From Acidimicrobiales bacterium (GTDB lineage: Bacteria; Actinomycetota; Acidimicrobiia; Acidimicrobiales; Aldehydirespiratoraceae): a stretch of 55,716 bases of DNA. The translations under genes were made by a program, and so were the position numbers. Below, piece by piece: positions 1 through 10,200 of this stretch (position 1 is the stretch's first letter; the number at the start of each line of letters is the position of its first letter). The stretch covers positions 1 through 55,716 of the forward strand of contig JAJCXW010000013.1 in NCBI GenBank assembly GCA_029263235.1, read 5' to 3'. The notes beneath the pieces were generated by a model that was given only the letters and a program-made list of their open reading frames with translations, did no database searches and was not told the origin of the DNA.

Positions 1-314
1 TCCGTCGAGAGACTCCCGACTGGACGGTCTGGACCCACCCGATCATCAATGGCGAGTCCGTTGAATCGGTGGGAAGTCGGGCCGATTCCGTGATCGGCCG
101 AGCTCTGGAGATCGACGGCGACACCTGCCTGTTCGCCCACGGGCACTTCCTGCGAATCCTTGCCGCACGATGGCTCGGCCTTCCCGCCGAAGCCGGGCGG
201 CTGCTCGCATTGAACACCGCAACCGTGTCGACCCTGGGGTTCGAGCGCGAGACCCACGTTGTTCGCTACTGGAACGAGAGCTGCCACCTGATCGACATTC
301 AGTCGGCTCGGTAG
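1..314 (+). CDS. Histidine phosphatase (phosphoglycerate mutase-like) family protein, 5'-partial
   Basis: Frame open from the window start (RRETPDWTVWTHP..GES..RAD). Contains the LFAHGHFLRILAARWLG motif and the C-terminal 'LGFERE..V..WN' pattern typical of the family. Confidence 0.85.
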   Translation, partial: RRETPDWTVWTHPIINGESVESVGSRADSVIGRALEIDGDTCLFAHGHFLRILAARWLGLPAEAGRLLALNTATVSTLGFERETHVVRYWNESCHLIDIQSAR

Positions 315-1348
315 AACCTCGCAGCGTTGTCGGCAAACAGCTTCTGCTGATCGTCGATCGAGTAGTCCGACACGATTTCGAAGAAGGCGTCGTAGAGCAT
401 CTCGTAGCTGATCGACACCTTGTCCATCGGGAAGTTCGAAGCGAACATGCACCGGTCGACCCCGAACGTCTCGATGCCATGGCGAATGTGGGATCCGATG
501 TCGTCGACCACCTGCTGGGCTGATGAGGGACCGCCGTTCTCGTGATGGCCGAACCCGATGCTGCACATGTACAGACCGCTCAGCTTGAGATGAACCTGGG
601 GGTTCTCGGCCAGGCGGGCTAGGTCGTCATACCAATCCCGACGAATCGAGTCTCGCTGTTGTGGGGTCTGTCCCAAACCGCCGAACGGGCCGGCCAGTGC
701 GACCGGAGTGCCCATGTGGTCGAGAACGACCCTGGTCTCGGGGGCCTTGGCGACCAGGCGGGATAGATCACGCAGCTGGTTGGAGTAGACCCAGGCATCG
801 AAGCTGAGGTCGCGCTCACCGACTCGGCGATACCCGGACTCGAACTCGGGTGAGGTGAGTGTGGCCTCAGAGCCCGACCAGTTGTGGATCCGTTTGGAGG
901 GGTGCGCGGCCACCATGTCGCGTACTCCCACGAACCGATCGCTCGCGGCAGCGTGAGCATCGAGGAGCGCGTCGAGGTTGGCGGTGTCGCTGAGGTTCGC
1001 GTGGGCAACCAGCGAGAGCGGCGGGTCGTCGAGATCGTCAACCCACTCGGTTTCACCAACCGGTCCCAGCAGACCCTTGGCCTCCCAGCCCGCCTCCACG
1101 TGGACGTAGCCGTCCAGGTCGTACTTGCCAGCGTCGCGGTGGAAATCCTCCGGCATGTGGGCGTTGAGGACGTAGCGGGCATCGCCAACGAACTCGACCA
1201 ATGGACTGGGCATCAGGACGCGCACCGAACGGTCGAGCAACTTGGGCCACCGTCCGATCAATTTCACTAGCGGGCTCGCTGCCCGGGGTGTCGTGCGGGG
1301 GTCCCAGATGTGGACGTGGGGATCAATGATGCGAACGCGTCGGCTCAT
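299..1348 (-). CDS. Amidohydrolase_2 family metal-dependent hydrolase (L-fuconolactonase-like)
   Basis: IIDPHVHIWD (HxH), VLDHMG, LKLSG and MFASNFP motifs. Start moved to ATG 1348, with TATTGT 6 nt upstream. Confidence 0.85.
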   Translation of the reverse strand: MSRRVRIIDPHVHIWDPRTTPRAASPLVKLIGRWPKLLDRSVRVLMPSPLVEFVGDARYVLNAHMPEDFHRDAGKYDLDGYVHVEAGWEAKGLLGPVGETEWVDDLDDPPLSLVAHANLSDTANLDALLDAHAAASDRFVGVRDMVAAHPSKRIHNWSGSEATLTSPEFESGYRRVGERDLSFDAWVYSNQLRDLSRLVAKAPETRVVLDHMGTPVALAGPFGGLGQTPQQRDSIRRDWYDDLARLAENPQVHLKLSGLYMCSIGFGHHENGGPSSAQQVVDDIGSHIRHGIETFGVDRCMFASNFPMDKVSISYEMLYDAFFEIVSDYSIDDQQKLFADNAARFYRAD

Positions 1349-1464
1349 GGGTCGACAATAGACCCGCGGCTCAGCCGGCCACATGTTCGCTGGGTCCGGG
1401 CTCAGCCTTGGCCTCGGCGGAGGCCGCTGGCTACACTCCTCCGTTCGAGCGGCGGAGGGCACCG

Positions 1465-2448
1465 ATGAAGACAAGACGCGCGGCATTGGCAGCGGTTCTG
1501 GTGTGGGCAACGATCATGGCCTCGGCCGTACCGGCATCAGCGGTGCAATGCATCTCCGTGCCACCGATCCGAGCCAGCCACGGGTCGATGACGGTGTCGG
1601 TGGAGAACCAATTGACCGTACGCGGACAGATATCGAGTCTGGGGCAGGTCACCTGTCCGGTCGGCACCACAAAACTGATCTGGGAGGAATTCTACGCAGG
1701 AGATGGGGGCTATCTCCGACAGATATTCGATGCAACGAACGACCCCGAGTTCGCCACGATAGCCAGCGGTCAACCTGCGTCGATGGGCATATTCATCCCG
1801 CCGACAAGAGCCCCCGGCAATCTCGATGTCAGAATCACCTGCGTGGTCGGACAAGTCGCGTGGGCTTCCACCACAGTTGGGATGGTGGTAGCCGAGCAGT
1901 TCACCGACATCGATCCCGGCAAGTTTTATGCACCTTCGGTGGATTGGGCCCGAGCGTCAAAGATCACCACCGGTTCGACCTGCACCACCTTCTCACCCGA
2001 TGCACCCGTCTCACGGTGGCAGATGGCGGTGTTCCTGCAACGGCTCGCCAATCGTGTCGGGCTGCCAGCGGTTGGCTCCATCGATTCATTCTCGGACACA
2101 TCCGCACTCAGCACCACCGCACGTGAGGCGATCGGCTGGCTCTCTTCCTCGCGGATTACCTATGGCATAACTCCAGCCGTGTTCAACCCGAGCGGAACGG
2201 TCACCCGCTGGCAAATGGCACTCTTTCTTCAACGATTCGCCAACTTGGCCGGGCTCGACACAACCAGCGGTCCGGATGCGTTCTTGGACACCACGGAGCT
2301 CCATGCCGATTGGCGACGGGCCATTGGGTGGCTGGCCACGACTGGAGTCACCGCTGGCAAGACGCTCAACTCATTCGACCCCGACGGCGTGGTCACCCGT
2401 GCGCAGATGGTCACATTCCTCGACAGATTCGATCTGATCCTGCATTGA
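1465..2448 (+). CDS. Secreted S-layer homology (SLH) domain protein
   Basis: Signal peptide MKTRRAALAAVLV..ASA. Three SLH repeats (FSPDAPVSRWQMAVFL, FNPSGTVTRWQMALFL, FDPDGVVTRAQMVTFL). GGAGG upstream of ATG 1465. Confidence 0.85.
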   Translation: MKTRRAALAAVLVWATIMASAVPASAVQCISVPPIRASHGSMTVSVENQLTVRGQISSLGQVTCPVGTTKLIWEEFYAGDGGYLRQIFDATNDPEFATIASGQPASMGIFIPPTRAPGNLDVRITCVVGQVAWASTTVGMVVAEQFTDIDPGKFYAPSVDWARASKITTGSTCTTFSPDAPVSRWQMAVFLQRLANRVGLPAVGSIDSFSDTSALSTTAREAIGWLSSSRITYGITPAVFNPSGTVTRWQMALFLQRFANLAGLDTTSGPDAFLDTTELHADWRRAIGWLATTGVTAGKTLNSFDPDGVVTRAQMVTFLDRFDLILH

Positions 2449-2554
2449 TCGGTAGTGGCCATCGGAGCCAAACGGTTTCCGACGACGAGGCGTTACGTTG
2501 GATCTCCGATCACCCGCCTCAACCGGTGGAATCCTGATCCAACCGGGGGCCAGC

Positions 2555-3064
2555 ATGACCGACCTACGACCACCAGGGCTGCTGGCCCTCAGGTTCGATG
2601 AGCCTCTGATGGCCCAAGAGTTCGTGCTCGCCATGGGTCGGCTTGCCAAGAATTCGGTCATCGAGATCGATGACGTGGCGATTGTCAACCGATCCGACGG
2701 CCGCACCCGGATTCGCCAGACCCGCGACCTCAACACCGGCCAAGGCGCCAGTGCCGGCGTGTGGGTCGGTGCGTTGGTGGGAATGCTCGGCGGACCTCCC
2801 GGCATGCTCGCCGGCGGTGCGCTCGGGGCCACGGTCGGCGGCTTGTGGGCCAAGCTTCACGATGTGGGAGTCGACGACGACCACATGAAGGACATGGGCA
2901 ACCGTCTCAGGGACGGCGAGTCGGTGGTTTTCTTGTTGACGAAGAACTACGACGTGCGTGGTCTGGCCAAGGAACTCCGGCGATTCGATGCCGAAATCTT
3001 CGAATCGACCCTCACCGACACCGCCGACGACATGATCCGCGAGAGCCTGGCCGTCGAGATCTGA
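2555..3064 (+). CDS. DUF1269 family membrane protein
   Basis: 'IDDVAIVNR..DGRTRIRQ', glycine-zipper helices (GALVGMLGG..GALGA), 'GVDDDHMK..G..L..GES'. Confidence 0.75.
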   Translation: MTDLRPPGLLALRFDEPLMAQEFVLAMGRLAKNSVIEIDDVAIVNRSDGRTRIRQTRDLNTGQGASAGVWVGALVGMLGGPPGMLAGGALGATVGGLWAKLHDVGVDDDHMKDMGNRLRDGESVVFLLTKNYDVRGLAKELRRFDAEIFESTLTDTADDMIRESLAVEI

Positions 3065-3071
3065 CGGGTCG

Positions 3072-5150
3072 TTATCTGGGGGCGATGATGCACGGCCCGC
3101 CGCCGCAGGTGTCGATCACCACGCCATCGGGCTGCAGGAATGCTGCCACCTGGTCGTAGGCGGCTGCCGCACGACGCACGTCCTCATGCGGATCGTCCCC
3201 ATCAGCGGGTGCGATGTTGGAGGCCGGGGGGATCGCCGCGCCGCTGTCGAACATCACGGTCGCCGAACCCTCGAACGGGTACTCATCGATTCGGGGTATG
3301 CCCCAGAACGGTTCGACGTCGATCGAGCGTCCGTCGGCGTAAGCCGGCCAGTGCACGGAGGCTCCCATCGAGCGGGCCATCACATCGGCGGCGGCATTGG
3401 CCACCTGATGGTCACCGAGTGCCAGCTGCAGAAGCCCGACCTTTTCGTTGACTCCCGAAAGCGGATCGGTGAAGTGATTGACGTAACCGTTGCCCTCACC
3501 ACGGTCCCACAGCATCTGGGCCGCGAGCAGAACGATCGCCTGATCGAGCTTGTCGGGGTAGGCAGGATCAAGGACCATCTGGAACGTGGCGAAGTCGATG
3601 CTGCGGTTGAGCAGTGTGCTGTAGTTGATGCCCGGCACACCGAACACGCCGCGATCCCAGTCGAGGGCGACGGCCGTGGTTGCCGGACCCATTATCCCGC
3701 CTTGCGAAATGCCGTAGTAGTAGAGCTCGTCGGTGTTGATCAACTGGCCGTCGTCGGCCGAACGGAAGGCAGGATCCGCCGCGAACCCACCAGGGTGCTT
3801 CAACAGGCGGCCGAGGAACAAGGTATTGAGATGGCCTTGCAGGAGCCGGTCGGCGAGTGTCGGGAAGTTGCTGAAGTCGCTCAATGCCGAGATTGCGTTA
3901 CCCACGTCGGGGTTGGCCATTCCGATCAGTTCGGTGCCACAGATCACGAAACCGTGGTTCTCCGCCAGAAGCGAGGGTCCGGCGGATGTGACCTGACCGA
4001 TCTCCCCGAGCAGTCCGTGCCCGTAGAGCACTCCTGCACCGGGGCTGGCCGGTGTTGTCGTGTCGGATATCTGGCAGCGGTAGACCGCGGTGTAGAAGCC
4101 ATTCTGTGATGGGAACTCCGCACCATCGACCAGATTCAGCCCCTGGCCCGGAGATCCGTCTCCGGTGAGATACAAGGGGACCTCGTAGGTGCCCTCCATC
4201 CAGGTTCGGTTGCGATCATCCTCACGGGTCACCGTGTCGACCGTGAAGCTCGGGACATCATCGCCGAGTTGGTCGAACGCGTCGTCGCGCATGAAGAGCA
4301 GCGGCCCGGTGAGGTTCTCGGTGGAGATGACCGTGAAGTCCCAGGCGATCACCAGCTCATCGCGGACCACGCCCGCAGCCTCGAGGTCCTGAATGATCTG
4401 GTTCATGGCCGGCCGGCGGGCCTCGACCTCGGGAACAGTGCTCTCGAGGCGGTCTCGATAGGAGCGGAAGACGTCGGTTGGTTCGATCGCGGCGCCATCG
4501 TCGCCCACAAGATTGCGAATGCCGATCACGATTCGGTGACCATCCGGATAGTTCTTGGCCGGACGGATGAACAATCCGGCATCGGTGTCGGGCAACGCGT
4601 TGGAGTCGATTTCCGCCCAATGAGGCCAGAGCTCGCCGGTCGTGGCGTCGATCACCACGGTGGGCGAATCCGGCGACAGCGATGCACCGATGTCGGTGAC
4701 CGGTGTCAGGTTCGATCCCACCGGGTCGATTCCCGGGATGAGCACCAGGCCGGCCGACCCGGGGCTGAATCCATCGTTGAGGTTGAGGCGGCTCGTATCA
4801 ACCGGTGCGCCACCTGAATTGGTGGGCATTGATTCCGGCGCGATGTCGACCCTGCGACCGGTGAACGTGGAGGCATCACCGACGGTGAAATAGTTGGAAG
4901 GAAACGGCAACATGCAGCCCTCGCCCACGAACTCGCAGCGGTCAGGATGCTCGACGGCCAGCTCGATCGTTCCCGCGAACTCCGAGGTGGTAGTCGGAGG
5001 CGGAGCGGTGGTGGGAGCCGCGGTGGTGGCCACCGTGGTCGATGGCGAGGTGGTCGACGTGACGGCCCCCTCAGAATCGGAGGACCCGCCTCCGGAACAG
5101 GCCGCCGCCACCAACGAGAACCCCGCGAACACGATCGAAATCCTTCGCAT
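3072..5150 (-). CDS. Secreted lipoprotein with alpha/beta-hydrolase (lipase-like) domain
   Basis: Lipobox LVAAAC, Thr/Pro linker, PFPSN..DGFSP N-terminal domain, YGHGLLG, nucleophile-elbow motif GISQG, C-terminal DPHE. Confidence 0.7.
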   Translation of the reverse strand: MRRISIVFAGFSLVAAACSGGGSSDSEGAVTSTTSPSTTVATTAAPTTAPPPTTTSEFAGTIELAVEHPDRCEFVGEGCMLPFPSNYFTVGDASTFTGRRVDIAPESMPTNSGGAPVDTSRLNLNDGFSPGSAGLVLIPGIDPVGSNLTPVTDIGASLSPDSPTVVIDATTGELWPHWAEIDSNALPDTDAGLFIRPAKNYPDGHRIVIGIRNLVGDDGAAIEPTDVFRSYRDRLESTVPEVEARRPAMNQIIQDLEAAGVVRDELVIAWDFTVISTENLTGPLLFMRDDAFDQLGDDVPSFTVDTVTREDDRNRTWMEGTYEVPLYLTGDGSPGQGLNLVDGAEFPSQNGFYTAVYRCQISDTTTPASPGAGVLYGHGLLGEIGQVTSAGPSLLAENHGFVICGTELIGMANPDVGNAISALSDFSNFPTLADRLLQGHLNTLFLGRLLKHPGGFAADPAFRSADDGQLINTDELYYYGISQGGIMGPATTAVALDWDRGVFGVPGINYSTLLNRSIDFATFQMVLDPAYPDKLDQAIVLLAAQMLWDRGEGNGYVNHFTDPLSGVNEKVGLLQLALGDHQVANAAADVMARSMGASVHWPAYADGRSIDVEPFWGIPRIDEYPFEGSATVMFDSGAAIPPASNIAPADGDDPHEDVRRAAAAYDQVAAFLQPDGVVIDTCGGGPCIIAPR

Positions 5151-5260
5151 GGAAGTCCCTCCCTCGATGACCTGTGCCTCAGGCCTATCGCTCATTCGGC
5201 CGCCGATGCCAATTGATCACCGCGACCCTGCAGCCGACCATCGACTAACCTGACGAACGC

Positions 5261-7273
5261 ATGTTCGATGAACTCAACACCCAACAACACGCGGCGGTCG
5301 CCCACACCGGCTCGCCTCTGCTGATCATCGCTGGCGCCGGCACCGGCAAGACCAAGACACTTGTCGCCCGCGTCACGCGAATCCTTGATGATGGAGCCGA
5401 TCCCAACCGCGTGATGCTGCTCACCTTCACCCGCCGAGCCGCCGCCGAGATGCTCGGAAGAGTCGCTGCTGCCAGCCCCGACCGACAAGCCAGCCAGGTC
5501 TGGGGAGGCACCTTTCACGCCGTCGCCAACCGGCTGCTTCGCAGCTTCAGCCAAGCAGCTGGGCTCTCCTCGGGCTTCACGGTTCTCGACAACTCCGACA
5601 GCACCGACCTCATGGGCATGGTCCGCACCGAAAACGGCTTCGGCGAGAGAGGCAAGCGGTTCCCCCGTAAGGAAACGGTGGCCGCCATCTACTCCCGCAT
5701 GGTCAGCAGCCAGGCGAAGCTGTCTACCGTCCTCGACACCGACTATCCGTGGTGCGCCGATCATGGCGACGATCTTCGTACGATCTTCACCGACTACACC
5801 TCACGCAAGCGGGCCAACAAGGTCCTCGACTACGACGACATGCTCCTGTTCTGGCGAGGTCTCACCGCCGGAGCAGTGGGCGACGAGCTACGGCGGCTGT
5901 TCGACCACATCCTGATCGACGAATACCAGGACACCAACCCAGTTCAGGCCGACATCGTGCGGGGAATGTGTCGCCCCGATACCGACCTTTGCGCGGTTGG
6001 CGACGACGCCCAGGCGATCTACGGCTTCCGGGCTGCCACCGTCGAGAACATGTGGCAGTTCCCCGACCACTTCCCCGGCGCCACCACCATCACCCTCGAT
6101 CAGAACTACCGATCCACCATGCCGGTGTTGGCTGTCGCCAACGCGGTTCTCGACCAATCCAACGACCACTACGACAAGGCGTTGTGGTCCACCCGCACCG
6201 ACGGTGTGATGCCGACCCTCGTCACCCACAACGACGAAGGCGACCAGAGCCGCTACGTATCGACCGCAGTGCTCGACGCCCGTGAGAGAGGCATGGACCT
6301 GCGCGACCAAGCGGTGCTGTTCAGGGCCGGCCACCACAGCGACGGCCTCGAACTCGAACTCACCCGACGCGACATCCCCTACCGAAAGTATGGCGGCCTC
6401 AAATATCTCGAAGCGGCCCACGTGAAGGATCTGTTGTCGCTGCTTCGCATTCTCGACAATCCGGCCGATCAGCTGGCATGGCACCGAGTGCTTTCAATGC
6501 TGGAGGGAGTCGGCCCCGCGACGTTGCGCCGCCTCTCCGATGAGCTCGGCATCGATCGACAGTCCGATGAGTCGCTGTCGCTGTTCATCGACGGTGCCGG
6601 GCGTACCCCATCGGCATCCGAGCAGCAGGTCCACGAACTCCGCTGCGCCCTCTCCGACTGTTCGAGCACCGCCACCAGACCGTCCCAGGAGGTCGACCGT
6701 CTCAAGGGGTTCTGTTCCATGGTGTTCCCCACCCGCTACGAGAACTCTGCCGCCCGCATCGCCGACATCGATCAACTTGCCGCCACGGCGGCCAGCTACA
6801 CCAACCGCGGTCGCTTTCTCACCGAGCTCACACTCGACCCGCCGAGCAAGACCGGGGAACGAGCCGGGCCGCCTCATCTCGACGACGACTGGCTCACCCT
6901 CTCCACCATTCACTCAGCCAAGGGTCTCGAATGGCGGGCCGTGCATTTGATCCACGCCGCCGACGGCAACATCCCGTCTGAGATGTCGTTGGGCGACGAC
7001 ATCGGTCTGGGCGAAGAGCTACGCCTGGCCTACGTGGCGATGACCCGCGCCAAGGACGAGCTCACCGTCAACTTCCCGCTTCGCTTCCATGTCAACCGGC
7101 GGGCACTCGACGACAAACACGTCTACGCCCAGCTCAGCCGATTCGTCGATCCGATCCGGGAGCTCTTCCACGAGCCAGCCGCCACTCCGGTCTCCGAAGA
7201 TGAGATCGTCGCGCTCGCCGATGTCGGACTAGCCGACGAGGTCGACACCGCTCTCTCGTCGCTGTGGGAATGA
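5261..7273 (+). CDS. UvrD/PcrA/Rep-family SF1A ATP-dependent DNA helicase
   Basis: AGAGTGKT, LTFTRRAA, GTFHA, IDEYQD, VGDDAQAIYGFR, NYRS, STIHSAKGLEW, YVAMTRAK. Confidence 0.93.
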   Translation: MFDELNTQQHAAVAHTGSPLLIIAGAGTGKTKTLVARVTRILDDGADPNRVMLLTFTRRAAAEMLGRVAAASPDRQASQVWGGTFHAVANRLLRSFSQAAGLSSGFTVLDNSDSTDLMGMVRTENGFGERGKRFPRKETVAAIYSRMVSSQAKLSTVLDTDYPWCADHGDDLRTIFTDYTSRKRANKVLDYDDMLLFWRGLTAGAVGDELRRLFDHILIDEYQDTNPVQADIVRGMCRPDTDLCAVGDDAQAIYGFRAATVENMWQFPDHFPGATTITLDQNYRSTMPVLAVANAVLDQSNDHYDKALWSTRTDGVMPTLVTHNDEGDQSRYVSTAVLDARERGMDLRDQAVLFRAGHHSDGLELELTRRDIPYRKYGGLKYLEAAHVKDLLSLLRILDNPADQLAWHRVLSMLEGVGPATLRRLSDELGIDRQSDESLSLFIDGAGRTPSASEQQVHELRCALSDCSSTATRPSQEVDRLKGFCSMVFPTRYENSAARIADIDQLAATAASYTNRGRFLTELTLDPPSKTGERAGPPHLDDDWLTLSTIHSAKGLEWRAVHLIHAADGNIPSEMSLGDDIGLGEELRLAYVAMTRAKDELTVNFPLRFHVNRRALDDKHVYAQLSRFVDPIRELFHEPAATPVSEDEIVALADVGLADEVDTALSSLWE

Positions 7274-10200
7274 TCAGGAGGTGCGGTCGATGAGCGTGCC
7301 GACTTCTCTCGTGGCCACCAGAACCGTGGTCAGATCGGTGTGAGCCGTTCGTAGATCATCGATCGTCTGGTGGTAGCGGTCGACCGCTCCCTGATTGGCG
7401 CGAACCCAGCGATCGACCAGTTGCAGCGGGTCGGCCCCGTCCTCTGCTCCGTCGAGTACCTGCACCGTGAGATGGCGGTGATCGTTGTAGAGATCGCCGC
7501 GCAGCGACAACCTGGCCATTGTCTCCCACTGGCTGTTGCGGGGCAGCGAGAAAATTCGGTCGCGCAGGCGGGTTAGGTCGAGACGGTGCGCTATCGCGAA
7601 GTGCACGGCCGACACAGTTTCGAGCGGTGCCCCTGTGGCCGACGCCGCCAGAACGACATCAAGGGCGGCAATCGACGGGACCAGGGCAGCTGCACGAGAG
7701 GCGATCGCCTCCGGAGCACCGGTGCCGACCAACTCCTTGAACCTCCGGTTGTAGGCCGACTTGTCGGCACCCCTCAGGTGCTCCGGCAGAACCTCGATCG
7801 CCTCCTTGACCGGGGCGGCAAGATCGGCGATCGCATCGGAGGCACTGAACGGAGCCGGTCGGTTGCGGAGCATCTTCCGGGTAGCTCTCTCGGCGAGCTG
7901 CCGAGTTCGGAGATGTATCGAGAGTTGCTTCTCGACGTCGATCACGACATCGAGTGAGTTGATCTCCTCGGTGAAACGCTCGAGACCATAAATCTCCCAT
8001 GCCGCGGTGTAGGCCTCAGCAATTTCGTGACTCGGCGCCGATGTCTCACTTGACAGCCGGTACATCATTGAAACCCCGGCTCGGTCGACGACCGTATTGG
8101 CGACCCGGTTGGCGACAATCTCACGGCTCAATCGGTGGCTGCGGATTCGATCGGCGAACGTTTCTCGGAGCTCTGACGGGAAGTAGTCGACGAGCAGATG
8201 GCCGAACGCAGGATCGTCGGGGGTGGTCGACTCGATCAGGTCGGAGCTCAGAATGTTCTTCGTGTAGGCCGACAGCACCGAGAGCTCGGGGGCAGTGAGC
8301 CCCTTGCCTTCGAGGCGCCGCTCGCTCAGTTCTTCGGCTGACGGCAGATATTCGAGCTCGCGATCAATCAGACCGTCGGCGACGAGCTGTTCGAGGTAGC
8401 GCGAATCGACCTCGATCATGCTCCCCGACTCGACACGGGCGACGCTCAACGCTCGGGTCTGGTTGTAGTTGTCGGCCAGCACGAGGTCGGTCACCTCGTC
8501 GGTCATCCGCTCGAGCAGCTCGTTGCGCTGTTTGCTGGTCATGTCGCCGTCGGCGACCACCCGATCGAGCAGGATCTTGATGTTGACCTCGCGGTCGGAG
8601 CAGTCGACACCAGCGGAGTTGTCGATGGCATCGGTGTAGACCCGGCCACCATTGTGAGAGAACTCGATCCGGCCGAGTTGAGTGACTCCCAGGTTTCCAC
8701 CCTCGCCGATTACCTTGCACCGGAGGTCGCACCCATCGACGCGAATGTGGTCGTTGGCCTTGTCGCCCACCGAGGAGTTGGGTTCGCTGACCGCCTTGAT
8801 GTAGGTGCCGATTCCACCGTTCCAGAGAAGGTCGACCGGGGCCCTGAGAATCCCCGCGATCAGCTCGTCGGGGGTCATCGAATCGCCTTCGATACCGAGC
8901 GCCGATCTCATCTGCGGAGTGATCTCCACCGACTTCAACGTTCGCGGGAACACCCCGCCACCAGTCGAAATCATCGACTTCTCGTAGTCGTCCCAGGTGG
9001 ATCGGGGGAGATCGAAGAGGCGCTGGCGCTCGACGAACGACTCATCAGGGTCGGGATCGGGGTCGATGAATATGTGGCGATGGTCGAACGCTGCCAGCAG
9101 CTTGGTGTGAGGCGATCGGAGCATCCCATTACCGAACACATCGCCCGACATGTCGCCGATACCGACTGCGGTGAAGTCGTCGGATTCGACATGGACACGG
9201 AATCCGTTGAAATGGCGCTTCACCGACTCCCAGGCACCTCGAGCGGTGATCCCCATCTTCTTGTGGTCGTAGCCGTGTGATCCACCCGATGCGAAGGCAT
9301 CACCCAACCAGAATCCGCGTTCGATGGCCAGTTCGTTGGCCACGTCGGAGAATGTGGCGGTGCCCTTGTCGGCCGCCACGACCAGGTAGGCGTCGTCTCC
9401 GTCGTATCGAACGGTGCGGGCGGGCGACACGATCTCGTCGTCGACAATGTTGTCGGTGATGTCGAGCAGGCCCGACACGAACAGCTTGTAGCAGGTGACG
9501 ACCTCTTCTCGTACGGCCGCTTGGTCGGTGGCCGCCGGACTCTGTTTGAGAACGAACCCACCTTTGGCTCCGGCAGGGATGATCACCGCGTTCTTCACCA
9601 TCTGGGCCTTGGCGAGCCCGAGGATCTCGGTGCGGTAGTCCTCGGTCCGGTCCGACCATCTGAGACCGCCGCGAGCCACGAAACCGGCTCGGAGGTGCAC
9701 CCCCTCGAATCGAGGTGAGTAGACGTAGATTTCGAACATCGGCCTCGGCTCGGGCATATCCGTGATCTGGGACGGATCGAACTTGATGGCGAGGTAGGGC
9801 CGCGGCTGGCCCGAGTCGTCGAGTTGGAAGTAGTTGGTCCGGATCGCGGCACCGATGAGATTGTGGATCCGACGAATCACGCGGTCCTGGTCGAGGCTCG
9901 CCATGCCGTCCATACGTCGGACGATCTTCTCGTCGAGGCCTGCCCTGATGGCCTCCCGTTCATCGTCTTCGATATCGGGATCGAACTTGGCGATGAACAG
10001 GTCGACGAGACAGCGCGACAACTTCGGATGCTGCTCGAGGGTCTGCTCGGTGAACAACCGGCTATAGGCGAAACCGACCTGATGGAGATACCGGGCGAAC
10101 GAACGAAGTACGGCGACCTCTCTCGGGCGGACCCCGGCACCGAGCACCAACCGGTTGAATCCATCGTCGTCGACCGTGCCGGCCCATACCGATGTGAACG

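Noticed and set aside
5261-7273. UvrD helicase as part of an anti-phage defence system
   Set aside because: No adjacent nuclease, ATPase or methylase; the context looks like ordinary chromosome.
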